From Clostridiales bacterium UBA6388 (lineage in GTDB: Bacteria; Bacillota; Clostridia; Oscillospirales; Oscillospiraceae): a DNA stretch of 42,697 nucleotides. The stretch covers positions 1 to 42,697 of the forward strand of contig DJQK01000097.1 in assembly GCA_002437575.1 (NCBI GenBank), in the 5' to 3' direction. The position numbers and the translations under genes are program-made. This document shows, one piece after another, positions 32,233 through 41,013 of this stretch. Position 1 is the stretch's first letter. The number at the start of each line of letters is the position of its first letter. The notes under the pieces are model-generated. The model saw only the letters and a list, made by a program, of their open reading frames with translations. It did no database searches and was not told where the DNA came from.

Positions 32233-32477
32233 GCGTTCCCCTTAGAAATCAGCTTTAAAAGCGTTCCTTGTTCGTCGTCTTCTACCACTTCCCATCTGCC
32301 CGGCTCGGTTTTGCCGTTGAGCGGCGCAGGGGCTGAAGCGGAATAAAGGTAGTCCTCGCCCTCATCATCTATGATGCGAAGCAGATCATATTCGACCCCC
32401 ACACATTCATAGGTTTTTCCATCCGTCAGCCCGAGAAAACCGCCTCCGAACGTCGGCCCTTTATATCTCACCTTCAT
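32229..32477 (-). CDS. Putative immunity protein for the MuF C-terminal toxin
   Basis: 82 aa acidic protein (LTDGKTYE...LRIIDDEGEDYLY), ATGA-coupled to the MuF stop. Confidence 0.65.
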   Translation of the reverse strand: MKVRYKGPTFGGGFLGLTDGKTYECVGVEYDLLRIIDDEGEDYLYSASAPAPLNGKTEPGRWEVVEDDEQGTLLKLISKGNA

Positions 32478-34003
32478 TTTCTCTTCACCCCTTTCAGCTT
32501 TTCTTCAAAGTGCTTCCCATTTTGCTCAAACCAGTGAACATCATATCGGAAATTGTCTGTTTGTATTATACCGCCCATTTTCCGCCATTGCAACGGTTCC
32601 CCGCCGTAGTTTTCAGAAAGAAAACTCGCAGCTTTCAACTGTTTCCCGGAATCTCCGCCAGCTATTTCTCGAATAGAGCCAATTTTTGATCCCTTCGGGA
32701 CAACGCCGTTCACAATCTCCGTTTTCACGTCCAGCGTTTCTTGCAGCCGCGTGATCGGTTCTGCTGCTTTTGCCGCACTGGCCGCAGCCTCAGATTTTGC
32801 GTCTGTGTACAGAACCCTTGTCCGCTCCGGCTGCTCCGGCAGCCCTGCTGCCTTGCTGAAATCATGGTATTTCGTGTTCAGGCTGCGCAGCTTGGCTGCA
32901 GCGGCAGTCTCTTCGTCCTTGAGCCCGGAGGCTTTATAGGCGTTTTTCAAACGCTTCTGCTTGCGGATAGACCGTTCGAGCCGTCTTTGCATCTGGGTCG
33001 CTTCGTATGCGGTATATTTCTTCCCATCGAACTCGCAGCCGAGGCCGTCATCGATGTGCTCCAGCTGATTCTCGGAATAAGTAGGCTCCATAATTCCAGG
33101 GATAAACGCGTGTTTGTAGTGACGGCAGTTCGCGCCAGTCAGGCCGTCTACATAGCCATAGCCGGTCGTCTCCACAATATCCTTGTACTGCCCAAGCGGG
33201 TCAGGCTCTCCGTTTTCGCTTTTATAATAAATTTTCCCTTGCCAATCCTTGTGGCTCGACCACGGAGACGGACCGGGCTTGTCTCGCGCTCCGGAGTGCG
33301 CCGTTACCTCAAAGTACCGGGTATCCAGATATTCCGCCGACTGGTCGGAATACTTGTCGCAGATCTGCGCTACACCTGTCATAACGGCCCTGCGGGTGGC
33401 TACGTCGATTTGATCTGTGTGCCCGCTCTCATAGTCTACGACTTTGATCCCGCTCTCAGCCAGCTTCTTGACGGCGTTGGCGATTGCCTGATTGTAGCCG
33501 ATTGCCCCGCTCTGAATTTGCAACGTTGACGAATCCAGGGCCCACTGATAAGCCTGCGCAGGCGGAAGCATCTTCTGGCCATTATCCACAAGAAACCCCA
33601 AGGATTGCGTCAGATTTCGGAATTCTCCGAGTGTCTGTCTGCGGATCGCGTCGATATCGGAGGCGTCTACCAGCCGGTCAGGCTTTGTCACATCGGCCAG
33701 CGTGATAAGGTCGTTGTAATATCGCTGATTGCGCTCTACAACGTCGTCAAGCAGCTTGTTCAGCTTCTCTTCGCTGACATCCGCCGTCTTCTGGATCGCC
33801 TTTTTGATCTTCTTGAGATCAATGCCGTGCGACCGCAGCGTCCGGATATCCTGCACCGTGACTTCGTTCAGCTGATCGGCAATTTTAAGCCGGGAGCAGA
33901 CTTCATCCAGCAGCGTATCTTCCAGCGCACGGAAGAGTTCTGCGAGTTCTTCCGGGAGGGCGTCTAAAATAGCGGGGCTAAAGGGATACCCGATCTTTTT
34001 CAT
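32474..34003 (-). CDS. MuF-type minor capsid protein with C-terminal toxin-like extension
   Basis: RRAVMTGV, AHSGAR, HKDWQGK and GANCRH motifs; about 90 extra C-terminal residues ending YDVHWFE. Confidence 0.85.
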   Translation of the reverse strand: MKKIGYPFSPAILDALPEELAELFRALEDTLLDEVCSRLKIADQLNEVTVQDIRTLRSHGIDLKKIKKAIQKTADVSEEKLNKLLDDVVERNQRYYNDLITLADVTKPDRLVDASDIDAIRRQTLGEFRNLTQSLGFLVDNGQKMLPPAQAYQWALDSSTLQIQSGAIGYNQAIANAVKKLAESGIKVVDYESGHTDQIDVATRRAVMTGVAQICDKYSDQSAEYLDTRYFEVTAHSGARDKPGPSPWSSHKDWQGKIYYKSENGEPDPLGQYKDIVETTGYGYVDGLTGANCRHYKHAFIPGIMEPTYSENQLEHIDDGLGCEFDGKKYTAYEATQMQRRLERSIRKQKRLKNAYKASGLKDEETAAAAKLRSLNTKYHDFSKAAGLPEQPERTRVLYTDAKSEAAASAAKAAEPITRLQETLDVKTEIVNGVVPKGSKIGSIREIAGGDSGKQLKAASFLSENYGGEPLQWRKMGGIIQTDNFRYDVHWFEQNGKHFEEKLKGVKRK

Positions 34004-35391
34004 TCGATCTCAGTCGGTGCGTTCTCGTCTACCATGTCCTGCAATTTCGGAAGCATCTTCCTCGCCGTTGCTTCGTCTTCTTTGTAATGCTTCATTCGGT
34101 ACTCAAGCATTCCCATAGCCCCCATGGCAACGTCCTGCCGGTCGTTGGCCCGCTCCTGCTCCTTCTTTTCAGCATCGTCAAGGATGGAATCGCCCCAGTC
34201 ATAAGCCGCACTGTACGTCCCGGCAGGTGCGAGGTTATAGAGCGTCGCGTAAGTATCGAGCGCATAGAGCAGGCTGTCAAACGTATGTTCAAGCGCTGTC
34301 TGAATACTGTCGATCAGCACATATTTGCGCTGCTTGCTGTTGCGGATCTCCGTCGCCGTCTTCTCGATGGTCTGTGGGTCGGAGATATCGCCGTAAGCCA
34401 GCCCAACGTTGAATTCGATGCGGCGGAGCGTGTTCTGGAATCCTCGGTAAATCGCTTCGTCGCGGATCTGCGGCTCGATGTACTGAAAGAATTCGCCGGA
34501 CGGGGAGAACGGGCCAAGCTCGAACATGCGCTTGTTGAACATGTCCACAGTCGAGCTCGTTCCGTCCATCAGGACTTTGCGCTCACTGGATCGGTATTCC
34601 CAGCGCAGGCGCTCCCACTGCTCATCGGCCTGCTTGATGAGCTGCACGGTCGCCGCGTCTCCGTAGACGGACATTCCGCACGGGCTGTTCGCGTCCGCTG
34701 TGTTGGACGCAGGCGGGCGGAAGTACGCGAATAGCGGCCCGCTCATATCTTGGATCGCGATCTCCGGCTGAATGTCCGCCCACTCCGGGACGGCATTCAG
34801 GGGTGCTTCTGCGCCGACCGTGCCGGAGGCGTCGCTGTAATACGCTTTGTTGCGGACTGTGTACGTCGTGCCGTCTAACTCATGAGCCTCGAGCCGGATG
34901 TAATATTTTCCGCCCACTCTCGCGGGCTTATCCCGGAAGACGCCGCCGATGCAGCGTCCGGAAGGATCGAATTTCGTCGGTTGGAACGCCGCCGCGCCGG
35001 TCACATCGACCAGCATCTGCTCGCCGTAGATATACGGCTTAAGTGCCACGCCTCCAAGTGCAAGGCCCAATTCCAGCGCGCTGTGGAAATTCTCTTCCGC
35101 CCGCTTGAAGCAGTCCTTCAGATATTCCGCACGGGCGCTTCCGGTGATGTTGGCTGTCAATTCGGCCAGTGTCGGGCGCGCAATCTCCCGGCAGATCGCA
35201 GCTGGAAGTCCAACGGCTGTGACATCGCACGTCTGCCATGGGGGATTCCCGGTAAACATCGCGTACCAGAGACTTATATTCTGCTCCATCTTCGGGCTGA
35301 CCGCCGGAGATACGCCAAATTCCCGCTCTGCCACCGCCTGCGGGAAAAGCATATTCCGGAACCGTCCAAAAATGTTTGTTAGAATACTCAT
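34000..35391 (-). CDS. Portal protein (SPP1/A118 type)
   Basis: 463 aa after terL; PQIR...IEFNVGLAYG...KTATEI...WGDSIL motifs. Confidence 0.9.
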   Translation of the reverse strand: MSILTNIFGRFRNMLFPQAVAEREFGVSPAVSPKMEQNISLWYAMFTGNPPWQTCDVTAVGLPAAICREIARPTLAELTANITGSARAEYLKDCFKRAEENFHSALELGLALGGVALKPYIYGEQMLVDVTGAAAFQPTKFDPSGRCIGGVFRDKPARVGGKYYIRLEAHELDGTTYTVRNKAYYSDASGTVGAEAPLNAVPEWADIQPEIAIQDMSGPLFAYFRPPASNTADANSPCGMSVYGDAATVQLIKQADEQWERLRWEYRSSERKVLMDGTSSTVDMFNKRMFELGPFSPSGEFFQYIEPQIRDEAIYRGFQNTLRRIEFNVGLAYGDISDPQTIEKTATEIRNSKQRKYVLIDSIQTALEHTFDSLLYALDTYATLYNLAPAGTYSAAYDWGDSILDDAEKKEQERANDRQDVAMGAMGMLEYRMKHYKEDEATARKMLPKLQDMVDENAPTEIE

Positions 35392-36599
35392 TTTTTGATT
35401 TCTCTCCTCAAAACGGTCATACAGAAATATCTAATACTATCGCACACATGGTCGTTTTCTTTTATCACGCGGTCTTCCCCTGCGTCCTTATCCCAGCTAT
35501 AAAGGCCGAATTCCCGAAACGCGTTTTTGCAACTTTCGTGGAATTTGATGATTCCGCTTTTGATGCAGGCCCCTGTGAATCGAATGCCGTCCAGCACGGC
35601 GTTATTTGCTTTCCACACGGAAAACTTTCCGTGCCGCCGGATACACTCGGCGAAGGACGCAGCCGACGGGTCGAGCACGACGCGCTCAATGCGGTATCCG
35701 TCTGCAAACGCCTCTAAGTCCTGATAATATTCCTCATCGGTCTTCTGCCGCCCGCTCTCGCGTCCGCTGTGGTAATATTCTTTCTCCATGACGGCCTTGC
35801 CGCCATATTCCCGCCAGAGTGCGAAGACCGTAGGATTCTGTGTGCCGTAGTCCGAGGCGATCCAGTATCGCCCTGGTCCGCCCCGCTCGCTTGTGACGTT
35901 GCGTTCGCGGTCGAACATCGGGTATACTAGGCCTTCGGCAACTTTCCAGAGGCCGAGAATGTACCGGTCGTAAAAGACGCCGGAATACATGGCCTTTGTC
36001 CGCTCGATCATCTGCGGTGTCAGAATTGGGTTGTCTTCCAGCAGGAAGTGAATGTGCCGCGCGCTTGCAGGCGGCTGCTCGATGTATTTTTTATACACCC
36101 AGTTTGCTGGACTCTCCGGGTTGCAGTTCAGGAAATATTTCGGTTTCTCAAATGAGATCGCGCGGGCCGTTGCCTGCTCGACAAACGACTGCGGCATCAG
36201 CGCAACTTCGTCGAATAAAACACCCGCAAGCGTAATGCCCTGGATGAGCATATAGGAACTCTCGTCCTTGCCGCCGAATAGGTAAAACCAGTTCACCCGC
36301 TCGCCGCAGCGGGCTGTCAAGATGCGCGTGGAGACCTTGTAGGACAGCGCGAGCGCCGCTCCAAACCCTTCGACCTCCATCAGCGGGCGAAGGATGTTCC
36401 GTTCCGCCGACTGCACAGTCTTCCCGCAGATCGCGAAATTCGTGCGATCGTAGTTCTGCATGGCCCACGCCAGGAATGCCAGCGTCATGACCGTCGTCTT
36501 GCCGGATCGGACGGAGCCATCGCAGATCAGCGTCGTCTCGTCCGTCTTGCAGAAGTCGAATATCTCTCTCTGCTTCTTGGAAAGATTTTTAAGGCGCAT
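35388..36599 (-). CDS. terL: Terminase large subunit (PBSX family)
   Basis: Walker A DGSVRSGKT, Walker B VLFDE, NCNPESP, DYGTQNP, DHVCDSIRY. Confidence 0.95.
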   Translation of the reverse strand: MRLKNLSKKQREIFDFCKTDETTLICDGSVRSGKTTVMTLAFLAWAMQNYDRTNFAICGKTVQSAERNILRPLMEVEGFGAALALSYKVSTRILTARCGERVNWFYLFGGKDESSYMLIQGITLAGVLFDEVALMPQSFVEQATARAISFEKPKYFLNCNPESPANWVYKKYIEQPPASARHIHFLLEDNPILTPQMIERTKAMYSGVFYDRYILGLWKVAEGLVYPMFDRERNVTSERGGPGRYWIASDYGTQNPTVFALWREYGGKAVMEKEYYHSGRESGRQKTDEEYYQDLEAFADGYRIERVVLDPSAASFAECIRRHGKFSVWKANNAVLDGIRFTGACIKSGIIKFHESCKNAFREFGLYSWDKDAGEDRVIKENDHVCDSIRYFCMTVLRREIKK

Positions 36600-37023
36600 C
36601 GTTCCCGCCGCCCGTGATTGCGGAGATCAGTTCCGCGAATGCCGCCGGGTCTCCGTTCCGCTCGGCCTCAGACGCCCAGCCGAAGTTACATCCGAGGCTG
36701 AATTTCGCACCGTTTGAGCCGTCTTTGTCATAAAGCCGCTCTTCGGCATAGGCTTCGCAACGGGCCTTCGCGCGCGTAATCGTGTCACGATATTCTTCCC
36801 GGCCCTGATAGTCCAGCAGTACCTTTCGCCCGGACAGGCCGAGCGCAAGCGCAAGCCCCGTGACGGTTGGCGGCTTCGCTCCGACAATAACCGGTTGCCC
36901 GTGCTTGTCGTAGACGGGGTTTCCGTGCTTGTCGAGGCGCTTCGTCCCTTCACAGCTTGCGAAATAGGCGTCTATCGCCCGCTCCATCGCCTTTACGCTC
37001 TTGATCTTTCTCGGCTTTCCCAT
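36589..37023 (-). CDS. terS: Terminase small subunit
   Basis: PPTVTGLALALGL...LLDYQ...AEERLY...GAKFSL; upstream of terL. Confidence 0.9.
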   Translation of the reverse strand: MGKPRKIKSVKAMERAIDAYFASCEGTKRLDKHGNPVYDKHGQPVIVGAKPPTVTGLALALGLSGRKVLLDYQGREEYRDTITRAKARCEAYAEERLYDKDGSNGAKFSLGCNFGWASEAERNGDPAAFAELISAITGGGNDAP

Positions 37024-37095
37024 CTCCCCGCCTCCTTTGCGCCGGTTTTGTTTATGCCAAAGCAGAGACGGGTATGCTCCGCCCCTGTGGCTTAT

Positions 37096-37139
37096 ATTTT
37101 ATCATGGCTTTTTGCTTATAATCCCCCAACTGGGGGATT
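37096..37139 (-). promoter_or_regulatory. Putative late promoter with palindromic activator site
   Basis: Minus strand TG-a-TAAAAT. The -35 position is occupied by AATCCCCCA-N2-TGGGGGATT (37120-37139). Confidence 0.6.
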
Positions 37140-37144
37140 TGCCT

Positions 37145-37390
37145 TTAATTTTTCCGCCGTCCGATCAGACTGTCCGTTGAGACGTCAAAGAAATCGGCTA
37201 TTTTTACCATGGAATCAACGGATGGGCAGCGTTCTCCCCGCTCGTATTTGCGGATGATATTCCGGGACAGGCCGCAGCATTCCCCTAGTGCTTCCGGTGA
37301 CATCCCGTAGCGTTCCCGCAGCTTCCGCAGTTGCGCTGGGAATCCAGGCGGCGGAGGCGCGTTTCTTTTTCCGCTGTGCTTTCTGCTCAC
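37145..37390 (-). CDS. XRE HTH regulator, candidate late-gene activator
   Basis: FPAQLRKLRERYGMSPEALGECCGLSRNIIRKYERGE; last gene before terS. The GTG start is inferred. Confidence 0.8.
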   Translation of the reverse strand: MSRKHSGKRNAPPPPGFPAQLRKLRERYGMSPEALGECCGLSRNIIRKYERGERCPSVDSMVKIADFFDVSTDSLIGRRKN

Positions 37391-37557
37391 GCCCTGCATC
37401 CTCCGTCCCTTTCTGGCTCTATGCCCTTGCAATCGGATATATGGCGATACTTGGCGCAGCAATTCTCGCAGCGCCGATCGAAGCAGATGCAGTCTCTCCG
37501 GGTGCATACCGGCTTTCTTTCTGCGTGCGGGTGCTCATTTCGTTCCTGGCTCATCAT
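37387..37557 (-). CDS. 56-aa Cys-rich protein (not in ORF track)
   Basis: MMSQERNEHPHAERKPVCTRRDCICFDRRCENCCAKY..., AAAGGAG RBS. Confidence 0.55.
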   Translation of the reverse strand: MMSQERNEHPHAERKPVCTRRDCICFDRRCENCCAKYRHISDCKGIEPERDGGCRA

Positions 37558-37601
37558 GTTGATCGCTCCTTTCCCCCTGAAACGCTACACATTTACAAGG
37601 C

Positions 37602-38372
37602 TTAATTTAAGCGGCTCCCGGTCCGCTTGCGCTCTTCTTTGGGGTTGTATACATATTTATAATATTGATGCCCGTACTTGGTCGTCCGGGCCTCGACTAA
37701 GATATAGCCGCGCGGGGCGACCGGCGGGTGCTTTGGCGAGTAGTCGCGGACAGCTTCCGTCGCGGGCTCCGGCTCGGGGCGGATGCAGTTTCGCGTCGCC
37801 TTGTAGCGGTGTCCGCCGAATTCCTTTCTCCAATGCGCGTGCAGGTAGCTGGCAAGGGCCGTGTAGTCCTGCCCGTGGTCAACCTTGTCGCCCTGCTCGT
37901 TTACATAGAAATTGTGCTTGCGCAGGTGCCGGACTTCGATCACGCTGCCGAGGCCCCATAGTTCGCCGATGGCTTCTTCCGGAATTCCTTCCGTAACCAT
38001 ATGTAAATGGAAGCGATTGGTTGTTTTGCCTCTGCCGTAAACCACGACAATTTTTGCCTTTGGATAGTGATACTGCATTCGGCGCACAAGATTGTCGCGC
38101 ACCCTTCGCATTTCCTCGGCGGTATGTACTTCATTTTCTGCATCCAGCGTCAGCGTGGAATACAAGCTTGTGGGTGAGAAATTGGCATTCATCAGCGCAA
38201 TGAAGCGGTTCAGCGAGAGTTTGCCGTTGAATTCATCGCGCTCCGCCTGCGTCTGGAAGCGCGGTTTGCGCGGCTTGCTGGTCTTTTTGTCCGCACTGTC
38301 GGACACGGTATACACGATCTGTGTACACACCTTCCCGGCAAATAGCCGGCGCTTGTGTCTTTTTGCCATCAT
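37602..38372 (-). CDS. HUH-superfamily rolling-circle-type replication initiator
   Basis: Motif I-like YSTLTL, HUH motif RFHLHMV, motif III-like ALASYL. Confidence 0.75.
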   Translation of the reverse strand: MMAKRHKRRLFAGKVCTQIVYTVSDSADKKTSKPRKPRFQTQAERDEFNGKLSLNRFIALMNANFSPTSLYSTLTLDAENEVHTAEEMRRVRDNLVRRMQYHYPKAKIVVVYGRGKTTNRFHLHMVTEGIPEEAIGELWGLGSVIEVRHLRKHNFYVNEQGDKVDHGQDYTALASYLHAHWRKEFGGHRYKATRNCIRPEPEPATEAVRDYSPKHPPVAPRGYILVEARTTKYGHQYYKYVYNPKEERKRTGSRLN

Positions 38373-38389
38373 CCACACCTCTTTCTCCC

Positions 38390-38415
38390 GGGCGGACAGA
38401 GTCGTCCGCCCCTAC
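38390..38415 (-). repeat. GTAG-type REP-like hairpin
   Basis: Minus strand GTAG-GGGCGGAC-gactct-GTCCGCCC. Confidence 0.6.
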
Positions 38416-38462
38416 AGGCCATCTGCCCGCTCAAAGCGTGGCCGGGGATTCCGGCCACAGTT

Positions 38463-38675
38463 TCAACGGGTACTTGTGCTGCTCATTTGTCTCAGCAGAG
38501 TAATCGCATTGACTTCTAATGCCGCGCATCTGGATTCAAGATCTGCAATTCGCTCTTTCATTTCGTCAAGCAGTGTGTCCATGCGGCATCTCATGCTGCG
38601 CAGCCTGAAAAACACCAGCACGCCCAGCGCGATCCACTCCAATGCAGCGGCAAGGCTCAAAATCTCAATCACCAT
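38463..38675 (-). CDS. Small membrane protein
   Basis: MVIEILSLAAALEWIALGVLVFF TM followed by a coiled coil. Confidence 0.6.
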   Translation of the reverse strand: MVIEILSLAAALEWIALGVLVFFRLRSMRCRMDTLLDEMKERIADLESRCAALEVNAITLLRQMSSTSTR

Positions 38676-39021
38676 TCTGTGCCGCCTCCATTTCCTTGCG
38701 TTCCTGCATGAAGCCATGCAGGAACAGCTCCAGCAGAGCGGCGGCGCGGTTGGTCAGCTTGGTGAAGTCCTTTTTGCTGATCTGCAACTCGCCCGTCGTT
38801 ACGACTTGCGTATCCGGGCTGCCGATGATCTGAATCGTCGGATTCGGTATCAGCTTCTTTGTGCCGTCTTTCTCTACCTTGAAAAGCGGCGGCGCGGACT
38901 GCTCCATGACGATGCGCGGCGGGTATGCCTCGCCCCGGAAGCTGGTATCCCAGCTCAGCTTTTCATAGTAGGCGACAAAATTGTCGAGGTCATGCGCAAA
39001 CGCGCCCATGATTTCTGCCAT
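38665..39021 (-). CDS. Hypothetical protein
   Basis: 118 aa with an AAGGAG RBS. Confidence 0.7.
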   Translation of the reverse strand: MAEIMGAFAHDLDNFVAYYEKLSWDTSFRGEAYPPRIVMEQSAPPLFKVEKDGTKKLIPNPTIQIIGSPDTQVVTTGELQISKKDFTKLTNRAAALLELFLHGFMQERKEMEAAQNGD

Positions 39022-39033
39022 TTTGAACTCCTT

Positions 39034-39423
39034 TCATACTTCCACGCACTCATCGGCGCGGATATTGATTCTTTTGCCGCCGGACTCGATCGCATAGCCG
39101 TACCGCTTGGTGTTTGTGGGCGGGCGGTATTTTTCTGCCGGGTAAGTCTGCCCGACCGCCGGACGCAGCTCCGGATAGATCTCGATCTGCTTTGTGATGC
39201 GAATATTGACCTTGCTGTGCGGCAGGCGCAGTTCGCCGTTTTCGGTACACAGATGCTCCTCCCGCCGCATGTGTCCTGCGGCCCGTGTTTCCTTGAAATT
39301 TGCATTTCTGCATTTCGGTGAGCAGCACGGCTTGTATTTATCGTACTGCCGCAGATAGCTTGGCGTCCTGTAAAACTCCTTCCCGCACTGCGGGCAGATC
39401 AGCTTGACTAATTCCTGTTTCAT
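39034..39423 (-). CDS. Zn-finger hypothetical protein
   Basis: CPQCGKEF...CCSPKC motif; GAAAGGA RBS. Confidence 0.7.
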   Translation of the reverse strand: MKQELVKLICPQCGKEFYRTPSYLRQYDKYKPCCSPKCRNANFKETRAAGHMRREEHLCTENGELRLPHSKVNIRITKQIEIYPELRPAVGQTYPAEKYRPPTNTKRYGYAIESGGKRINIRADECVEV

Positions 39424-39429
39424 GGCGTT

Positions 39430-39880
39430 CATCCTTTCGTCTGGGGGCCGGTATTCCGGCCCCCGCAGGCAGGACGGGCTTTCACCGTCTGCGCACCGGC
39501 GCGCCACGCTCGCTTGTCAAACGCTGCGCATTTCCGGGCGAGCCGCCCTTGACTGCCGTCAGGCGGCTTATAAAAAAGGAGGCAAGCGATGCCGTCAGGC
39601 ATCGGCCGAACGCAGACCCAGCGAAGCGGTTTGCGTTCGGAAAGGAAGAAGGAGGCTGCGGATATGCAGCTTTCGGCTTTCGCCGGAAGCGGAATGGAGC
39701 AGGCTTCTTCTGACGTGCCCGGCGGTTGGGTGACGTTGACGGGTTCCGTTCGCGCGCACGTCCCACACGCGCTTTTTATCCCCGGCGCACGGGCTTGAGG
39801 GTTTTACCGTGCGCCGGGTGCAAAGCCGTAGGATGCTCCCCCCCGCAGCCGTCTCAAGGCAAAGCGGCTGCGGCATATGT
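39430..39880 (-). ncRNA. Candidate structured non-coding RNA region
   Basis: About 450 nt without a credible CDS, containing at least 7 consecutive stem-loops. Confidence 0.45.
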
Positions 39881-39909
39881 CCAAAAAATAAGGTTCCCCG
39901 GCTGATTGC

Positions 39910-40114
39910 CTATTCCCTGGTGCTGATATTCTTATGCAGCAGGCCGTCCCCGCTCTTTTTGAACGGCAGCGCCTTACGCCGCGCCTGCTCCTCCGGATTC
40001 CAGCCGCACCGCTCACAGAAATCCGGTGCGAGTTTTGCGTATTGGCAGGCGTTCCCGCCTTTCGGCAGGCCGCACACTGCGTGCGGGCTGCTCTCGTTTT
40101 TTTTCTTCCGGCAT
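39910..40114 (-). pseudogene. Small Cys-rich gene frameshifted at an A8 run
   Basis: AGGAG RBS and ATG at 40114. Removing one A gives MPEEKNESSPHAVCGLPKGGNACQY...FCERCGWNPEEQARRK...STRE* (67 aa). Confidence 0.6.
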
Positions 40115-40116
40115 GT

Positions 40117-40548
40117 TTAAATCTCCTGTATGTCAATTCCGAATTTTGACCGCATGAATTTCCGGTTGCGCAGATACTCCTTTGTCCGCGTCGGCTTGGA
40201 CTTCACATCCTCAACGACCAGCTTGCCGCCGAAGCGGTACGAGAAATCCGCCGTATAGCGCACCGCGCGGATGCGCTCGCCGGTCTCGGCGATGTAACTT
40301 TCCTGCAAGGTAAATTGCGGTTGGAGCCGCAGATCGGAGATAATGCCAGCCTGAAGCATCACCATCAGTTCGTCATAGCGCCGGGCCTCCTTTTGGCTGT
40401 CAAACCGGACCCCGGCCCGCTCGGCGGGTGTGTTGTGGTACTTGGCCGCGCTCTGCTGTGCCTGTGCCTCCGGCAGCACCTGCCGCGCGTAAGCCTCCCG
40501 CATCCTCGGCGGCATGTCCGCCATCGATTCAAAGCGCAGCCCGCTCAT
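40117..40548 (-). CDS. DUF1064-family endonuclease
   Basis: KYHN...FDSQKEARRY.EL...LQPQFTL...YTADFSY...VVEDVKS. Confidence 0.85.
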   Translation of the reverse strand: MSGLRFESMADMPPRMREAYARQVLPEAQAQQSAAKYHNTPAERAGVRFDSQKEARRYDELMVMLQAGIISDLRLQPQFTLQESYIAETGERIRAVRYTADFSYRFGGKLVVEDVKSKPTRTKEYLRNRKFMRSKFGIDIQEI

Positions 40549-40814
40549 TCGGCTGCTCCGTCCATCCGCGCGCCGCATTTGCCGCAGAAATTATGCCATC
40601 GTGAGCACAGCGTTGCTCCGCATACTGGGCAGTGATCATACGGAATATCCGTATGCACCATATTTCTGCGGTAAAGATTAGAGCCGTCCGCCGCAAAAAC
40701 GCCGTTCTCCTCATGGTACCCCACAATCGTCCTCGTGCGCACTTTCGTCACTGGCGACCCATGCACCACCGGCGCAACGTCGGCGGCGGGCGTGTACTTG
40801 GATGATGAGATCAT
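40545..40814 (-). CDS. Zn-finger phage protein, probably 5'-truncated
   Basis: PAADVAPVVHG...CPVCG...FCGKCGARMDG; no clear RBS. Confidence 0.55.
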   Translation of the reverse strand: MISSSKYTPAADVAPVVHGSPVTKVRTRTIVGYHEENGVFAADGSNLYRRNMVHTDIPYDHCPVCGATLCSRWHNFCGKCGARMDGAAE

Positions 40815-41013
40815 CTTGATCGCGTCCTGTAGCCAGAGGCCCCGCGTTGGCCTTCACCATGAGCGTTCCCTTTCCGCCCGCTGTGCAGTAGATATAGCAT
40901 TTAAAAGGCACGCCGCACTTCGGCACGGTCTTCCGGATCTCGACCGCCTTGCTCCCGTTCAGGATCTTCCGCACCCACTCCGGGCGGATGCTGATTAACA
41001 CGGCTTTACTCAT
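40711..41013 (-). pseudogene. ASCH-like gene, apparently 3'-truncated
   Basis: MSKAVLISIRPEWVRKILNGSKAVEIRKT...KCYIYCT is an ASCH-type N-terminus. After about residue 58 it runs out of frame over the next gene. Confidence 0.6.

Noticed and set aside
39430..39880. tRNA gene or CRISPR mini-array
   Set aside because: There is no cloverleaf with a GTTCRA T-arm and acceptor stem. The repeats are only two 11-mers without regular spacers, and no cas genes are present.
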